Shown here one piece after another: positions 23,281 to 37,763 of a DNA stretch of 64,000 nucleotides. Origin of the DNA: Selaginella moellendorffii (taxonomy: Eukaryota; Plantae; Lycopodiophyta). The notes below the pieces were generated by a model that saw only the letters and a list, made by a program, of their open reading frames with translations, did no database searches and was not told where the DNA came from. Made by a program: the position numbers and the translations under genes. The first letter of the stretch is position 1, and the number at the start of each line of letters is the position of its first letter. The stretch spans positions 995,820-1,059,819 of the forward strand of contig NW_003314302.1 of assembly GCF_000143415.4 (NCBI RefSeq). The letters are read 5' to 3'.

Positions 23281-24261
23281 TGTAAGCTCATGAATTTGGA
23301 CTTCTCAGGAGGTCACCCAACCCAGTACTATTCAAACCCAAAGACGCTTAACCCGAAGTATCCCAAAACCCTTAACTGATTAAAAAAGGGGGTGCACTCT
23401 TGTTCATAAGCCCTTTCCCTCTATATTTGAACCCTATGGATTGTCTCTCAAGTCGTTCCCTTTGGTTGCTTATAATCCACCACACTTCTCTGCAAGTTCA
23501 CGCCCTCGTGAACGGAAGCTGAGAGTCGCAACTCCCCTGAGAGCCCAGCTCTCCTAACACCCTACCCCTCGGGTCGAGCCCAGCAGGAGCAAACTGGACC
23601 TGCCAGATGTCAATTAACATGTGATGCAATTCCCCTACCCAACCAACAGAGTCGGACTCGAGACCTCTCTGATACCAAATGTAAGCTTTTGAGTTTGGAC
23701 TTCCCGAAAGGTCACCCAACCCAGTACTATTTAAACCCACTACAAATATCCCAAGACCCTTAACCGATTGGAAAACGGAGTGCACTCTTATTCATGGGCC
23801 CTTTCCCTTTATATTTGAACTCCATGGATCATTTCTCAAGTCGTTCTCTTTGGTTGCTTACAATTTGCCACACTTCCCTGCAAGTTCACGCCCTCGTGAA
23901 CGGAAGCTGAGAGCTGCAGCTCTCCTGAGAGCCCCGCTCTCTTGACACCCTACCCCTCAGGTCGAGCCCAGCAGGAGCAAATTGGACCTGCCAGATGTCA
24001 ATCAAGTTGTGGTGCGATTCCCTTAGCCAACCAACAGAGTCAGACCCGAGACCCCTCTGATACCAAATGTAAGCTCCTGAATTTGGACTTCCCGAAAGGT
24101 TACCCAACCCAATACTATTCAAACCCAAGGACACTTAACCCCAAGTATCCCAAGACCCTTAACCGATTAGAAAAAGGGGTGCACTCTTGTTCATAAGCCC
24201 TTTCCCTCTATATTTGAACCCTATAAATCGTCTCTCGAGTCGTTCCCTTTGGTTGCTTACA
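23281..24261 (-). mobile_element. Tandem-array Cassandra TRIM (3 LTRs, 2 internal domains)
   Basis: LTRs 23281-23474, 23680-23862 and 24068-24261. PBS TGGTATCAGAG (minus) at 23667-23677 and 24055-24065. One TSD pair ATAAT flanks the whole array. Confidence 0.9.
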
Positions 24262-25090
24262 ATAATATTTGAAAGGACTAGCCGATAGGTAATTTTTGCT
24301 ACCAACAATCATATTCGCAAAATGGTAATAAGGAAAGAATATCCAAAAAGACTTACTAACAAATAACTTTTAATACCCTCAATCATATTTGCAACAAGTA
24401 TTTAAAGTGAGACTTGGACATATGGAGGACTTGAATAAAGTGTAAAGTCAATATGGCTCTAAAGCCACCTTTATGGTTGTGGTAAATAACCCAAGTTGAG
24501 ATAAGGACCTATAGAGGTTATGAATAAGACTCCTCCAAGTGGTTAAAAATGTATTAATTGACTAAAGTAGAATGAAAAATTTAATCAATTACAAAGTGTA
24601 GTTGCTAAACACTCAAACCAGATTTTAACCTATAATTTTGAACTAAAACATAAGACTTTGAGAGCCACTATAATCCATAAAATACCATTGTAGCAAATGA
24701 TACATTCTATCTCTATATCTGTCTAAATCTCCTAGACTTGCATTAACTTAAACTCATAACTTTCATCCTTCTCTACCACTACACATGGGAGGTTATATTC
24801 ATTTTTTTCATGCTTTACATTCTCCTTATCCTCTTTTGAATGAAAAAAAGTTTTGAAGCATAGACTCTATTTGAACTTACTATGCCTATCTTCACTCTGT
24901 TATTTAGTTTGGCTTCACTACATTAATGTAGCGCATATGATCATGGGATGAGATTTGAATATATTATCACTATGGATCCTTGGAACCTTGGGGGATAAAT
25001 GGGGATAAAATAGCCACTAAAGGCTTTCTCATCAAGCAATTGCTTCATTTTCAATTGGTTTAAGGGGAGGGAGATAGAGTGTACTATATG

Positions 25091-25102
25091 TGGTATCAGA
25101 GC
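25091..25102 (+). other. tRNA-iMet primer binding site of another LTR element
   Basis: TGGTATCAGAGC, followed by a duplicated ~140-bp unit (25105-25199 continued at 28202, and 28260-28400). Confidence 0.55.
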
Positions 25103-25199
25103 AAATGACATAAGTTCGATTCCCATTGATTAATGACTACTTAAAATATAATATACCCTTGAGCAAGGTATATTCCTACCCCTAAATTTAAAATTGTAT

Positions 25200-28100
25200 T
25201 GTGAGTGCTTGAAATATAGAAAGGGAATACAGAAAATGTGCATATCAATTAGCCCAAAAACCCTAGCTTATATACAATCTAGATTGAAACCAATCTAATG
25301 GCAACCAAAATCCCACTACGCTAATATTAGTATATGCCATTATAGCCGTACACTTGGCCCTCACATCATCCCCTCCTCTCGGAATAATGGAAGACCATCA
25401 GGGTTCTCTTGTAAACGGGCCAGCATCTAGAGGAACGTCAGGAGGAGGCATTAGCAAATCTGTTCAAACGTTGCACATACACAATCTATAGAGGATTAGC
25501 CTACTGGATGTCATGCCGAACCTCACAAACTTGTGGTCTAACTTGCCGCAACACCCAATACAATCCTTTCCACTACGTAAAGAGCCCGTTAGATAAACCA
25601 CATACTATAAGATGGAAAAAACAGACTTTATCCACTTTATACTTTGCAGGTGGATGATGATGGGAGTTGTAGCATTGTTATTGTCCCACTTGTATGTATC
25701 CTAAGTGTTCGGCAAACTCTACTCAAACAAGTGGAAAAATGCTCGTCAAATATTGATCCCACAACCTAGCATCAGTAGCTCGTGGCAATCGTGAGGTAAA
25801 CTCAGCTCCGTTGATAATATTGGATCATGACTATATAGGAGCTTATATAATGATGCACCAATAGAACTTTGCACCCCTGTGACATATGCATACCGAAGAG
25901 ACGGCAAATAACCATCCCAATCCGAATGTTAAAAATTCACATACTTCACAATCATCCCTTTGAATGTCCGAACGAGCCGTTCCACCAGATTGTCTGATTG
26001 TGGATGATAAGCACTTATGAAAGTGTAGTGTATCCCCAACCGAGATGTCAAAACATAAAATGCCTCAACCATAAATGCGGGACCATTATCCAAAAGAATC
26101 CGCTCTGAACAAGAATGCTGGAACACCACTCGATTGAGGAGGAAGTATCCAACAACAGTTGTAGAGGTGCTAGCAAGAGCACCAACTTCCACCTGACAAG
26201 TTAAGTAGTCAAAGGTAATAATAATATACTCATTGCCAGCAGTCGATCGTAGAAAAAGTCCCATAAGATCAAATGCCACCAACTCAAACGGACAAGAAGT
26301 TGCAATTGATTCCAACCGTCCTTCCACAACACGAGGGGTAGTATTATGAGTTTGGCACCAAACACAGCTACACACATATTGGATAATATCACCTTGCATC
26401 TCCGGCCAATAGAAAGACCTGCGTAACTTCTCAATTACACGACAATGTTCCATATGCCCACCTAGAATAGAAGAATTATGGTAGGCATGAAGAAACCACG
26501 GAATAAAGACAAAAGGCACCACCAGCTGTAAATGATCATCAAAATTCGTCCCCACAAAATAAAGAAGGTTGTCTTCAAGGCGATATTGAGAATGTAAATG
26601 CCGGAAAGGCAAGTTATCAACAAGTGATACAGGATTCTCAAACCCATCTCGAAGCCTTCGAATCCACAGCTCAATCTTTTGAGCCATGCAAACCTCATCA
26701 AAAGAAGGTAGATCTTGTTCCGCGCCTTGTGGACACTGAACGTCAAGTGTAGCAACTACCGATAACATACAATCCTCGTCTAGAAAATCCACAGATGCTG
26801 GAACAATATGCTCATCAGAAACATGAAAAGAGAGTGGAGAAGGAGGGGTCACTGATTTATTCGCGCAAGGTCCCTCCATTACTCGTGCGACTCTTCGTTT
26901 CTTGGATGCATCTCGGTGTCCAAACCTTCCACTACAACAGCACTAACGAGACGTTACTAACACCAAGGTCTCTAGCCAGGAAATGGAGGTCACCAATCTA
27001 GAAAATGCCGACAACACCAATAAGTGTGACCAACTTCATCACACGCCCAGCAGCAAACATCATGGCTATGGCCATGACCACGTCCTCGCCCTTGTCCTTG
27101 GACTGAAGCAGCAACAGCATCAACCTCCATTGGAACAGGACCATCACCTATAGGAAGTGGAGCTAAAGGACGTGCAGCAAGAAGTGGAAGAGGCAATGTC
27201 TCATAATGTTGTGCCAAGCAAAGAGTATCATCAAGGATGGCAGGAGCAAGTGCATGCACAAGTCCGACAAGATCTTAAAGAAGTGTTAGCCACAACATTC
27301 CTAGCTTGATGCGCTCTGACATATTTAGCTCAGCACAAAGCAAAAGACTTCGGAAATGAACGCCAAATTGCACCACCGACTCAGATGGCCCTTGGCGAAG
27401 AAGATGCAATTGTTGGAAGGCATCATCATAGTCATTGGCACGTCCGAAAGCGTGTTTGAAGACGTCCGGGAGAACACTTTAATCCCCACGAGTGGCTGCA
27501 CTCAAACCATTGTACCATTGCAATGCTGTCCCTTGAAGACACGTGGGAAACTCATGCAAATGTCGAGTATCATCCCAAAAATGATATGTGGCAATCACCG
27601 TGAAGTGATCGAACCAATGGTACACATCATCCCGAGGATTCCCACAAAAGAACTCCTGCCAAACGCGAGGATTGGCACCAAGAGCAAGAGGAGTTGTACC
27701 ACGTGCCGTGAACACCGCCATCAACTGAATTTGATTGTTCAATTGCAAACATATAGCATCAAGCAATTGTACCAACTACTACTCCAGAGTCAAAGGAGGA
27801 GATTGTTGATCTGCTATGAAGAAGAATGAAAAAAGAGCAAAAAAAGAGAAATAACAAAAAGCTAGAAGGAAATAATAAATCTAGACAATGCAAAAAGTTA
27901 TATTTAAACCAAAATCCTAAAAGGAAAGAATAAAAGAAAAGAAATGGAAAAAGCTAGATCTAAACCAAAATCCCAAATCCAAGCACTCCTCAGGGACAAT
28001 CAAAAGTGCCCTTTACCTCCACTAATGTGAGTGCTTGGAATATAGAAAGGGAATATAGAAAATGTGCATATTAATTAACCCAAAAACCATAGCTTATATA

Positions 28101-28201
28101 CAAGAGCAAGTGGTTCAGATTGAAACCAATCCGACGGCTACCAAAATCCCACTACATTAATATTAATAAACGGCATTATAACCATACATTTGGCCCTCAT
28201 A
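25200..28201 (-). mobile_element. Compact Ty3/gypsy-type element encoding only Gag and integrase (degenerate)
   Basis: LTRs 25200-25365 and 28026-28201, PPT GAGAGGAGGGGATGA, flanking GTAT. Gag (W..HF...W.D...LQGTALQWY; PMEVD; CWACDEVGH..C) runs straight into integrase. Confidence 0.85.
25929..26879 (-). pseudogene. Gypsy integrase (HHCC zinc finger + rve core), truncated
   Basis: HAYH...GGH...FYWPEM...C..CQ; PFELVAFDLMG; LDNGPAF; SAYHPQSDNLVER. Confidence 0.9.
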
Positions 28202-28869
28202 GTATGTATTGGGCATCTATGTGTACGTTCTTCCTTTTGGTGGAGCATATATGGATGGAGCAAATAGCACGAGTTTGATTCCATTAGTAGCTACTTAAAA
28301 TATAATATACCCTTGAGCAAGGTATATTCCTACCCCTAAATTTGAAATCATACGTATTGGATGCATATGTCCTTCCTCTTGGTGGAGCATACACGGATGA
28401 AGGCATGATTAGTTGCCTCACATGGAATAAAATGAAATAACCATTTAAAAAGGGATAAAATGTGTGTAAAACTTAGATAACAAAATACCTTCTATTATAA
28501 AAGACTCTATCTAAACAAAAAGGTGAATAACAAAAGATATCTTGTTATAAACTACAACATAAATAAGAGACTCACACTACTCAACTTCCTTAAACACACA
28601 ATTTGATACTTAATAAAATCAATAGAATAGAAAAACTCCTCAATAAAATCACCATTGCCGCTACCTCTTGAACCATCACTTTAAGAAGATTTTCCTCCCA
28701 CCACCAATAACAATAACTCTGAAATCTCAAAACGAGGTACTTCACTTCAGAATTTTAATAAACTGGATACTCAAACAGTAATGGCTTGAGATGAGACAAA
28801 GTTCACTACCAAGACACTCGTTTTTTTTTTTTTAAACCATTCTGCATTACTATGCATTCAGGAACCAAC

Positions 28870-30345
28870 AACTTTTTAGGTGAAGCATTTTGGGGACCAT
28901 AACATTTTCATTGGTGAGGATGAGTATCATGCTTGGCTGGAGAACAGTCCCTAGATGCTTGTTCAACCATGAGGTTTTGAGCAAGGCATTAATTATAGGG
29001 TAAGTGGGTACACAAGCTAAATACAAGGAGAAAAGTGAGATTAATTGATAGAAGGTAAGATTATTTGCAAAAGATTACAAACAATGAGTTGGAATTGATT
29101 ATAATGAGATATTTCACCAATAGTTAAAATGGTTTCTTTCCACTTTGTTCTTGCAACTGCTAATCATTTGGATCTTGAGGTTGAGCAGATGGATGTTAAA
29201 AATACATTCCTCAATAGCAAGCTAGAGGAACTAGTATATATGTGTCAACCTTCAATCCAAGGAAAAGAGTGTTATATTTGCAAAGTCCATCAATCTATTT
29301 AACAATCACCAAGAATTGGAATTTATATTATTGTTTTTCAGATGATTCTTGTGTGTGTTTATGTCAACAATCTTATCATGGTTGGAAAGACAACAAGTCT
29401 ATATTGGCTTAAAGAACAGCTTTCCAACAGCTTTGAATGACCTTCTGTTAGGCTTGTAAATAATGCGTGATAGGGAAAGTTGAGTTCTAAAGAGTCATCA
29501 ACATAAGTAAAATCAGGAAATACAGTTATTTTTTCACTACATGACCAGCTCTGACTCCAGTACTACAATTCATCAAACTCTCCAGAGCCAATCAACCATG
29601 TTCCTCCCAAGGGGGAGAGGAAAGAGATGGCTATGCTACCATATCAAAATATGGTTGGAGCATTGATGCATTTAGCCACATCAAGCAGATTGAACATAGT
29701 TTCCAGAGTGTCCCAGTTCATGCAGAATCCTGGGAAGAGACATTGGTATGCAGTGGTAAATATGTAAGTCAAACTTACAAGAGAAATTGGATTGGGCATA
29801 TTTATGCCGTACGGAATGGTAGATGCTAACCTCGCTGATGATCTAGATGGTCGGAGACAACAGCTGGGTATAAGTTTAAATTTTCTAATGCAGTTGTATC
29901 ATGGCACAGCCAGAAATAGAGAATGGTGGCATTGTCCACTTGTGAAGCAGTTGTTACAGAAGCTGTCAAGGAAGCTTTATGGATTCGATACTTGTTCTAG
30001 GACATCAGTTTAGCTGCAAGCAACACTAAACGTTTACAACAATAACACAGCGTATCTTCAATCTATCACGAACCAGTGCGTCATGGGAGAAATAAACATT
30101 TCAAGATGTTCTACTACTTTATCAGGGAGAGGATTGAGAGAGAAGAGGTCAAGCTGAAATACATCTCCATGACATGACAGCGGATTTGCTCATGGAGCGT
30201 CTGTGACAACAACTCGGACTGATCTCACAGGGGGAGTAGCAATCTGATAAGAGACATCAGATTGAGGGGGAGTGTTGGAGCAAACAGCAGCAGATCAAGG
30301 AGAGATCAAGGCACAATCTAAGGAAACCAGAATGTGTATGTAAAC
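28870..30345 (+). mobile_element. Degenerate Ty1/copia RT-RNase H remnant with PPT and start of LTR
   Basis: Fragments KWVHK, GIDYNE, EQMDVKNTFLNSKLEELVYMCQP and HGRNKH...FIRE. TGAGGGGGAG is followed by TGTTGG at ~30272. Confidence 0.85.
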
Positions 30346-31327
30346 CAGGTGAGGGTTGCATCAATACACAAGTAGCTTTTTCCCATTTATGCTGTGTCCA
30401 TCAGGCCATCTGGGATGGGCATTGCTAGCTCAGGAGCATTACCGTCTCATGCTCAGTGGGAGCCCTGGTCTACAACAATGCATGGACTTGGAGGTCATAC
30501 ATGTCCACCCATGGGTGTTGCGGCTCTCATTTTTTAAAACTGCTCATATAGAGTTGCATAGGCACTATTAGCTCCAACTTGGAGTGCTGCCCATGTATGT
30601 CCTTTTGATATGTAAATCAAGTGTATGACATGCTTTTTCTATGAGAAAGTAACAGCCACTGCGGAACATGGATCAGTCCTAGCTTGGACTATTTGCCCAC
30701 CAGGTGGCACAAAAGCTAGAAGGCCTTCGGACGTTTTCATGAACTGTGAACCACATCCTAACTCAAGGTGTCAGCCGAGTACTATAATCAAGCAAGCTTG
30801 CATTGGCTCCTAGGCCTCTCTCACCTGGAGATGCCTCACACGACAGTATGAAACCCTTCCATTCTCTCATGCTGGGACACCACTAACTCGAGTAACTAAG
30901 AGATGCCAACTTCTCTGATCACGAGTTACACAAAGATTCCAACAGATCTAAGAGCCTAGTTTTGATTGTGCAAATCCAAAACCCTAGGCCAGGATCACAA
31001 TTCCCCAACACACCACGAACGGTATGCCATCCATGCTCCACAAGCTGCAAGCTCCGTGTGGTTGATGTCCCTATACACACTTTTTCTCTTGCTCTTTTAC
31101 ACTCACATTCCCTTTCAATCCACACATAAACCATTTCACGCATCACACGTCCAAGTTCCTCAACTAACTGGTTCCTGTGCTCTTGATGGCCAAGAAACCG
31201 GCAAGGCCTAGGATACCCGGCCATAGAAATGTGAGTGGAAGTGGACCCGTACGTCTGTTCTGTTCCAAAGACTTTGTAGAGTTTACAAAGCCGCGTAAAG
31301 GATGAAACCCTAAACCCTTGGTCATGG

Positions 31328-34264
31328 ATGAGCCGAGCCCTACGATCATCACGATTCCTCAGCACGCTCGCCAATCCAAGCGTGGACGCGCTCATCGATC
31401 GCCTGGAGCAGGGCAGCATCGATCCAAGCTACAACACCCTCGCCGGGCTCCTGGGATCTTGCGCAAATCCCTCGCAGGTCAATCGCCTCCACCGCATTGC
31501 CACCAAAGATCGTCATGGGATCAATCCCTTCCTTGGAAATCAGCTCCTCCAGATCTACGTCAAGATGGGCAACGTCGATTCCGCCGCTCGGATCTTCCCC
31601 TCCCCTGCCGCCTGGAGCGTCGTCTCGTGGACTTGCCTCGTCGCAGCATTTGCCCGCCATGGGCAGTTTTCCAGAGCAAATGCCCTCTTTCGCGAAATGC
31701 TGCTCCACGGCGCTACGCCGGACAAGATCGCGCTCCTGGCTGTGATCCAGCTCCTCCAGCACCCCCGCGATCTTGAATTCGCGAGAACGCTCCAGGGATG
31801 GATCCACGAGGCCGGGCTCTCGACCGATCTCGTCCTGGGCAACGCGCTCATCGCCGGATACTCACGGTGCCAGAGCCTGATCGATGCGACGCGGGCGTTC
31901 CATCGAATCGCCCGCAAGGACACGATCTCCTGGAACTCGATCATCGCCGCGCACGTCTCCTCGCAGCTCTTGCCCGTCGCCACGACGATCTTCCACACGA
32001 TGCAGCACGAATCCAGCTCCAGGCCCGACGCCGGCACTCTCATGACGATCATCGCGACGTTCGTGGCTCCGGTGGATCTTCCCCGCCTCGAGCGATTCCA
32101 CCGCGTCATGATCCACGACGAGCTCTTGCGATCGGACACCATCCTCGCCACCGCGCTCCTCACAGCCTATGCCAGGAGCTGTGGCAGCCTCGCCGGCGCT
32201 CGCGATGTCTTCCGCAAGATCGATCGCTTGGATCTCGTCTCGATCAATTCCATGATCGCGGCATTCGCTCACCACCACCGCCCGCGCGAGGCGATCGAGC
32301 TCTTCCACCGGATCTCCCCGGAGCTGGGCGTGCCCCCGGACAAGGTCAGCTTCCTCAACACGCTGGGATCCATCGCGAGCGCTGAGCAGCCCCAGCTCCT
32401 GGGCGATGGATTCATCCTCCACACCATCGCGAGATCCTCCGGCCATGGATCCGACCTCGCCATCGCCACCGCGCTGGTGGACATGTACGCCAAGTGTGGC
32501 GATCTCGCCGCCGCTCGAGCGGTCTTCGATTCCATCCAGCTCCATCGCCGGGATCTCATCGCCTGGAACGCGATGCTCTCGGGCTACTCTCGCGCGGAGC
32601 GATTCGCCGAGACGATGGAGATCTTCCATGCGATGAGGGCCGCGATCTGCGACGAGCTCCTGCCGACGAGGGTCTCGATCGCTGCCGCGCTCACTGCTTG
32701 CGCGAATCTGCTCGATCTGGAGTCCGGGGTGGAGATCCACGCGCTGGCAGCGCGATCCGGGGTGGAGGCCGATGTGGGCGGTCTCTTGATCCACATGTAC
32801 GCCGCCTGTGGAGATCTGGATGCTGCCAATCGGGTCTTCGATGTCGCCATGGGCGGAGCTTCGATCAATCGCGACTTGAGCTCCTGGAACTCGATGATCA
32901 CGGCCTATACCGATAGGAATCTCTGGGAGGAAGCGCTCTCTCTCGTCCACCAGATGCACCACCAGGGCATGGCCTTCGACGACATAAGCTTCGTGACCGC
33001 TCTCAACGCCTGTGCCGCCGCGGGATACCGTGGGATACCGCACGGTACATCCGTACACCTCTGCGTCGCCGAGGCCGGGCGGGAAGAGGACGTGATCATC
33101 CGCACGGCGCTGCTCAACATGTACGGCAAGTGCCGCGACCTGTGCCGCGCGGACGCCGTGTTTGACGCGCTGCGGCGCTCCGGCCAGAGGCTGGATCTCA
33201 TCGCGTGGAACGCGATGGGATCGGCTCTGGCCCAGCACGAGGAATTCGAGCGCGTTCTCACGCTCTACGGGGAAATGCTACTCGAGGGCGTGACGCCGGA
33301 TGAGATCTCGTTCGTGAACGCCCTTACCGCCGCCGCCACTGCTGGTCGCGAGACGTTGGCGGCGGTGCACAGCCACGTCGTGCAGCGCGGCATGAACCGC
33401 GACGTCGTGGTGGCTACCGTACTCGTGGCGGCGTACGGCAGTGCCGCGGAGGTGCGCCGCGCGGAGGAGTCCTTCGCGGCGGTACCGCCGTACCGCCGCG
33501 ACGTCGTGCTGTGGAACGCCATGATTAATGCCTATGGCGGCACGCCGCCGGCTCTCCGTACGTACGACTCCATGGACATCGCGCCGGACAAGCTTACCCT
33601 AGTTCTTGCGCTCAATGCGTGCGCGGGCATGGCGGAGCTTGCCGCCGGAGAGAGAATCCACCGCAGGGCGATCGATCTCGGCTTCGATCGCGACGTCGGC
33701 GTGATCACAGCACTGATCCACATGTACGCGAGCTGCGGCCGGCTGGAGCAATCGCAGGAGATCTTCCACGGCGCTCAAGAACACACGATGTTCATGTGGA
33801 ACGCGCTGGTGTCTGGATTCGCGCGGCGCGGCCAGTCGGAGCGAGCGATCGCGCTGTTCGAGCGGATGCAGCAGAGCGGGCACCGCGCGGACGCGATCGG
33901 CTTCGTGAGCATCCTCAGCGCTTGCAGCCAGGCGGGATTGATCGGTCGCGGGTGTGGATATTTCGCGTCGCTGCTCCACGATCACGGGATCTTGCCCTAC
34001 CGCGAGCACTACGCTTGCATGATCGATCTCTTTGGGCGGGCGGGCCGGCTGGAGGAGGCGGAGGAGTGGCTGCGCAAGATGCCGGCGCACAAGCTGAGCA
34101 AGAGCGTGTGGGAGACGCTGCTCGGGGCGTGCTCGATCCACAGCGATGTCAAGCGCGGGCGGCGAGCGGCCGAGGAGCTCTTTGAGATGCAGTCCAGGAA
34201 ATCGTCGCCCTACGTGATCATGGCCAAGCTCGCGATGCTTTCGTCGAATCGGGGCGAGTCGTGA
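31328..34264 (+). CDS. PLS-class pentatricopeptide repeat protein with E domain (organellar RNA editing factor)
   Basis: 978-aa intronless ORF with repeated ALVDMYAKCG / ISWNSMI motifs and HYACMIDLFGRAGRL...WETLLGAC. No DYW domain. Confidence 0.95.
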   Translation: MSRALRSSRFLSTLANPSVDALIDRLEQGSIDPSYNTLAGLLGSCANPSQVNRLHRIATKDRHGINPFLGNQLLQIYVKMGNVDSAARIFPSPAAWSVVSWTCLVAAFARHGQFSRANALFREMLLHGATPDKIALLAVIQLLQHPRDLEFARTLQGWIHEAGLSTDLVLGNALIAGYSRCQSLIDATRAFHRIARKDTISWNSIIAAHVSSQLLPVATTIFHTMQHESSSRPDAGTLMTIIATFVAPVDLPRLERFHRVMIHDELLRSDTILATALLTAYARSCGSLAGARDVFRKIDRLDLVSINSMIAAFAHHHRPREAIELFHRISPELGVPPDKVSFLNTLGSIASAEQPQLLGDGFILHTIARSSGHGSDLAIATALVDMYAKCGDLAAARAVFDSIQLHRRDLIAWNAMLSGYSRAERFAETMEIFHAMRAAICDELLPTRVSIAAALTACANLLDLESGVEIHALAARSGVEADVGGLLIHMYAACGDLDAANRVFDVAMGGASINRDLSSWNSMITAYTDRNLWEEALSLVHQMHHQGMAFDDISFVTALNACAAAGYRGIPHGTSVHLCVAEAGREEDVIIRTALLNMYGKCRDLCRADAVFDALRRSGQRLDLIAWNAMGSALAQHEEFERVLTLYGEMLLEGVTPDEISFVNALTAAATAGRETLAAVHSHVVQRGMNRDVVVATVLVAAYGSAAEVRRAEESFAAVPPYRRDVVLWNAMINAYGGTPPALRTYDSMDIAPDKLTLVLALNACAGMAELAAGERIHRRAIDLGFDRDVGVITALIHMYASCGRLEQSQEIFHGAQEHTMFMWNALVSGFARRGQSERAIALFERMQQSGHRADAIGFVSILSACSQAGLIGRGCGYFASLLHDHGILPYREHYACMIDLFGRAGRLEEAEEWLRKMPAHKLSKSVWETLLGACSIHSDVKRGRRAAEELFEMQSRKSSPYVIMAKLAMLSSNRGES

Positions 34265-34448
34265 GCTCGGACGGATCGAATCGTGAGCTCGGATCGATCG
34301 ATCGATCGATGGAAATTTGGTCTTGGGGAGGGAGCATATTCTCGGATCTAACAACGCTCGGAAATCGTGGCGGCATTTCCATCGTCCGATGGGAATTTGG
34401 ATCCAAGAACTCTCGCGCGCTGCTAACGCGATTTTAGGGTTTATCGGA

Positions 34449-35062
34449 ATGAAGCGCTTGGCGCCCAGCGATGGATTTGAGACCAGCCACTCCACGGCGA
34501 GCAGTGACGGGCGGAGATCTATCTATGGTACGCTCCTGGTTTTGTGATTTCGAGAATGTGAGAGAATGCGAGGTCTTTGTAGATCGGACGCTGCAAAAGC
34601 TCTGGGCGGGAATGCAGAGTTTCCAATTCAATCTCAAGAACACAATAATGGAAGTACCACCTCCAGATTTTTTGGGCAGTGATCAATGCTTTCGCTGCAA
34701 GTAAGGAAGATTTTCTCCTTCCTTTCTCCCTTTCGATGCTTTACTTCTTATTTTTTCTTCTCAGGAAGTTTTTGAATGGTTTGATTACTTGCGAGGGATG
34801 TGCGGAAGGATTTTGCTCCTTTTGCTCCATAACCAGGTCGGAGATTCTTTCTTTTCTCTCGTGATTTTTTCTATAATGTTACTACAGTTTCGAAGAGCAA
34901 AATGATAGAACCTTTTGCATGGATTGCAATGCGAATGATCTCGATCGTAGGCGAAAGCTTGCTCGTCAACAACGCTCCGTTTCTAAGGTATGCGTAAAGT
35001 CTCCCGGGCCGAGTTGAGAACATCCTTTTCTAGCCTGTGAAAAAAAAGGTTTTAATCCTTTA
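34449..35062 (+). CDS. SIVA-like zinc-finger protein (spliced; exons 34449-34527, 34583-34700, 34765-34836, 34888-~34987, optional last exon to 35062)
   Basis: GT-AG introns of 51-64 nt keep frame: MKRLAP...SIYDRTLQKLWAG...CFRC...CEGCAEGFCSFCSITSFEEQNDRTFCMDC. Confidence 0.65.
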
Positions 35063-35116
35063 AGCCTTTTTCGCTATATAATAGGTGTCACCTTAGGTCG
35101 CTAGAAAGGTTTGGCC

Positions 35117-37763
<2,647 letters not shown>

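Larger units (their letters stand above)
15119..24322 (-). mobile_element. Old, decayed LTR retrotransposon (3' LTR 15119-17776, PPT ~17777-17790, internal region to 22770, tRNA-iMet PBS 22771-22781, 5' LTR 22784-24322)
   Basis: Paired homologous LTRs, PBS TGGTATCAAAG on the minus strand and approximate TSD TGATA/TGGTA. The internal region is AT-rich, CpG-depleted and has no intact ORF. Confidence 0.6.
14633..24396 (-). mobile_element. Minus-strand LTR split by a nested element (halves 14633-15118 and 24323-24396)
   Basis: Termini TGTAATGCACGTG and ...CATATTTGCAACA. The halves rejoin into the LTR consensus seen at 23240-24322. Confidence 0.5.
14081..24593 (+). mobile_element. Outer plus-strand 3' LTR (PPT 14081-14092, LTR halves ~14093-14632 and ~24397-24593) hosting a nest of younger insertions
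   Basis: AAGGGGGGAGAG then TGTCATAAATGTGAC. The distal half ends ...ATCAATTACA, resembling the end of the 1576-3521 LTR. Confidence 0.5.

Noticed and set aside
16256-24261. 5S rRNA genes
   Set aside because: Only the internal ~60 nt is 5S-like, and it lies within TG...CA LTRs with PBS and TSDs (Cassandra).
27356-27829. 157-aa plus-strand ORF
   Set aside because: Antisense to the gypsy gag remnant.
30340-31300. Possible minus-strand gene upstream of the PPR gene
   Set aside because: No recognisable motif or consistent exon structure could be supported.
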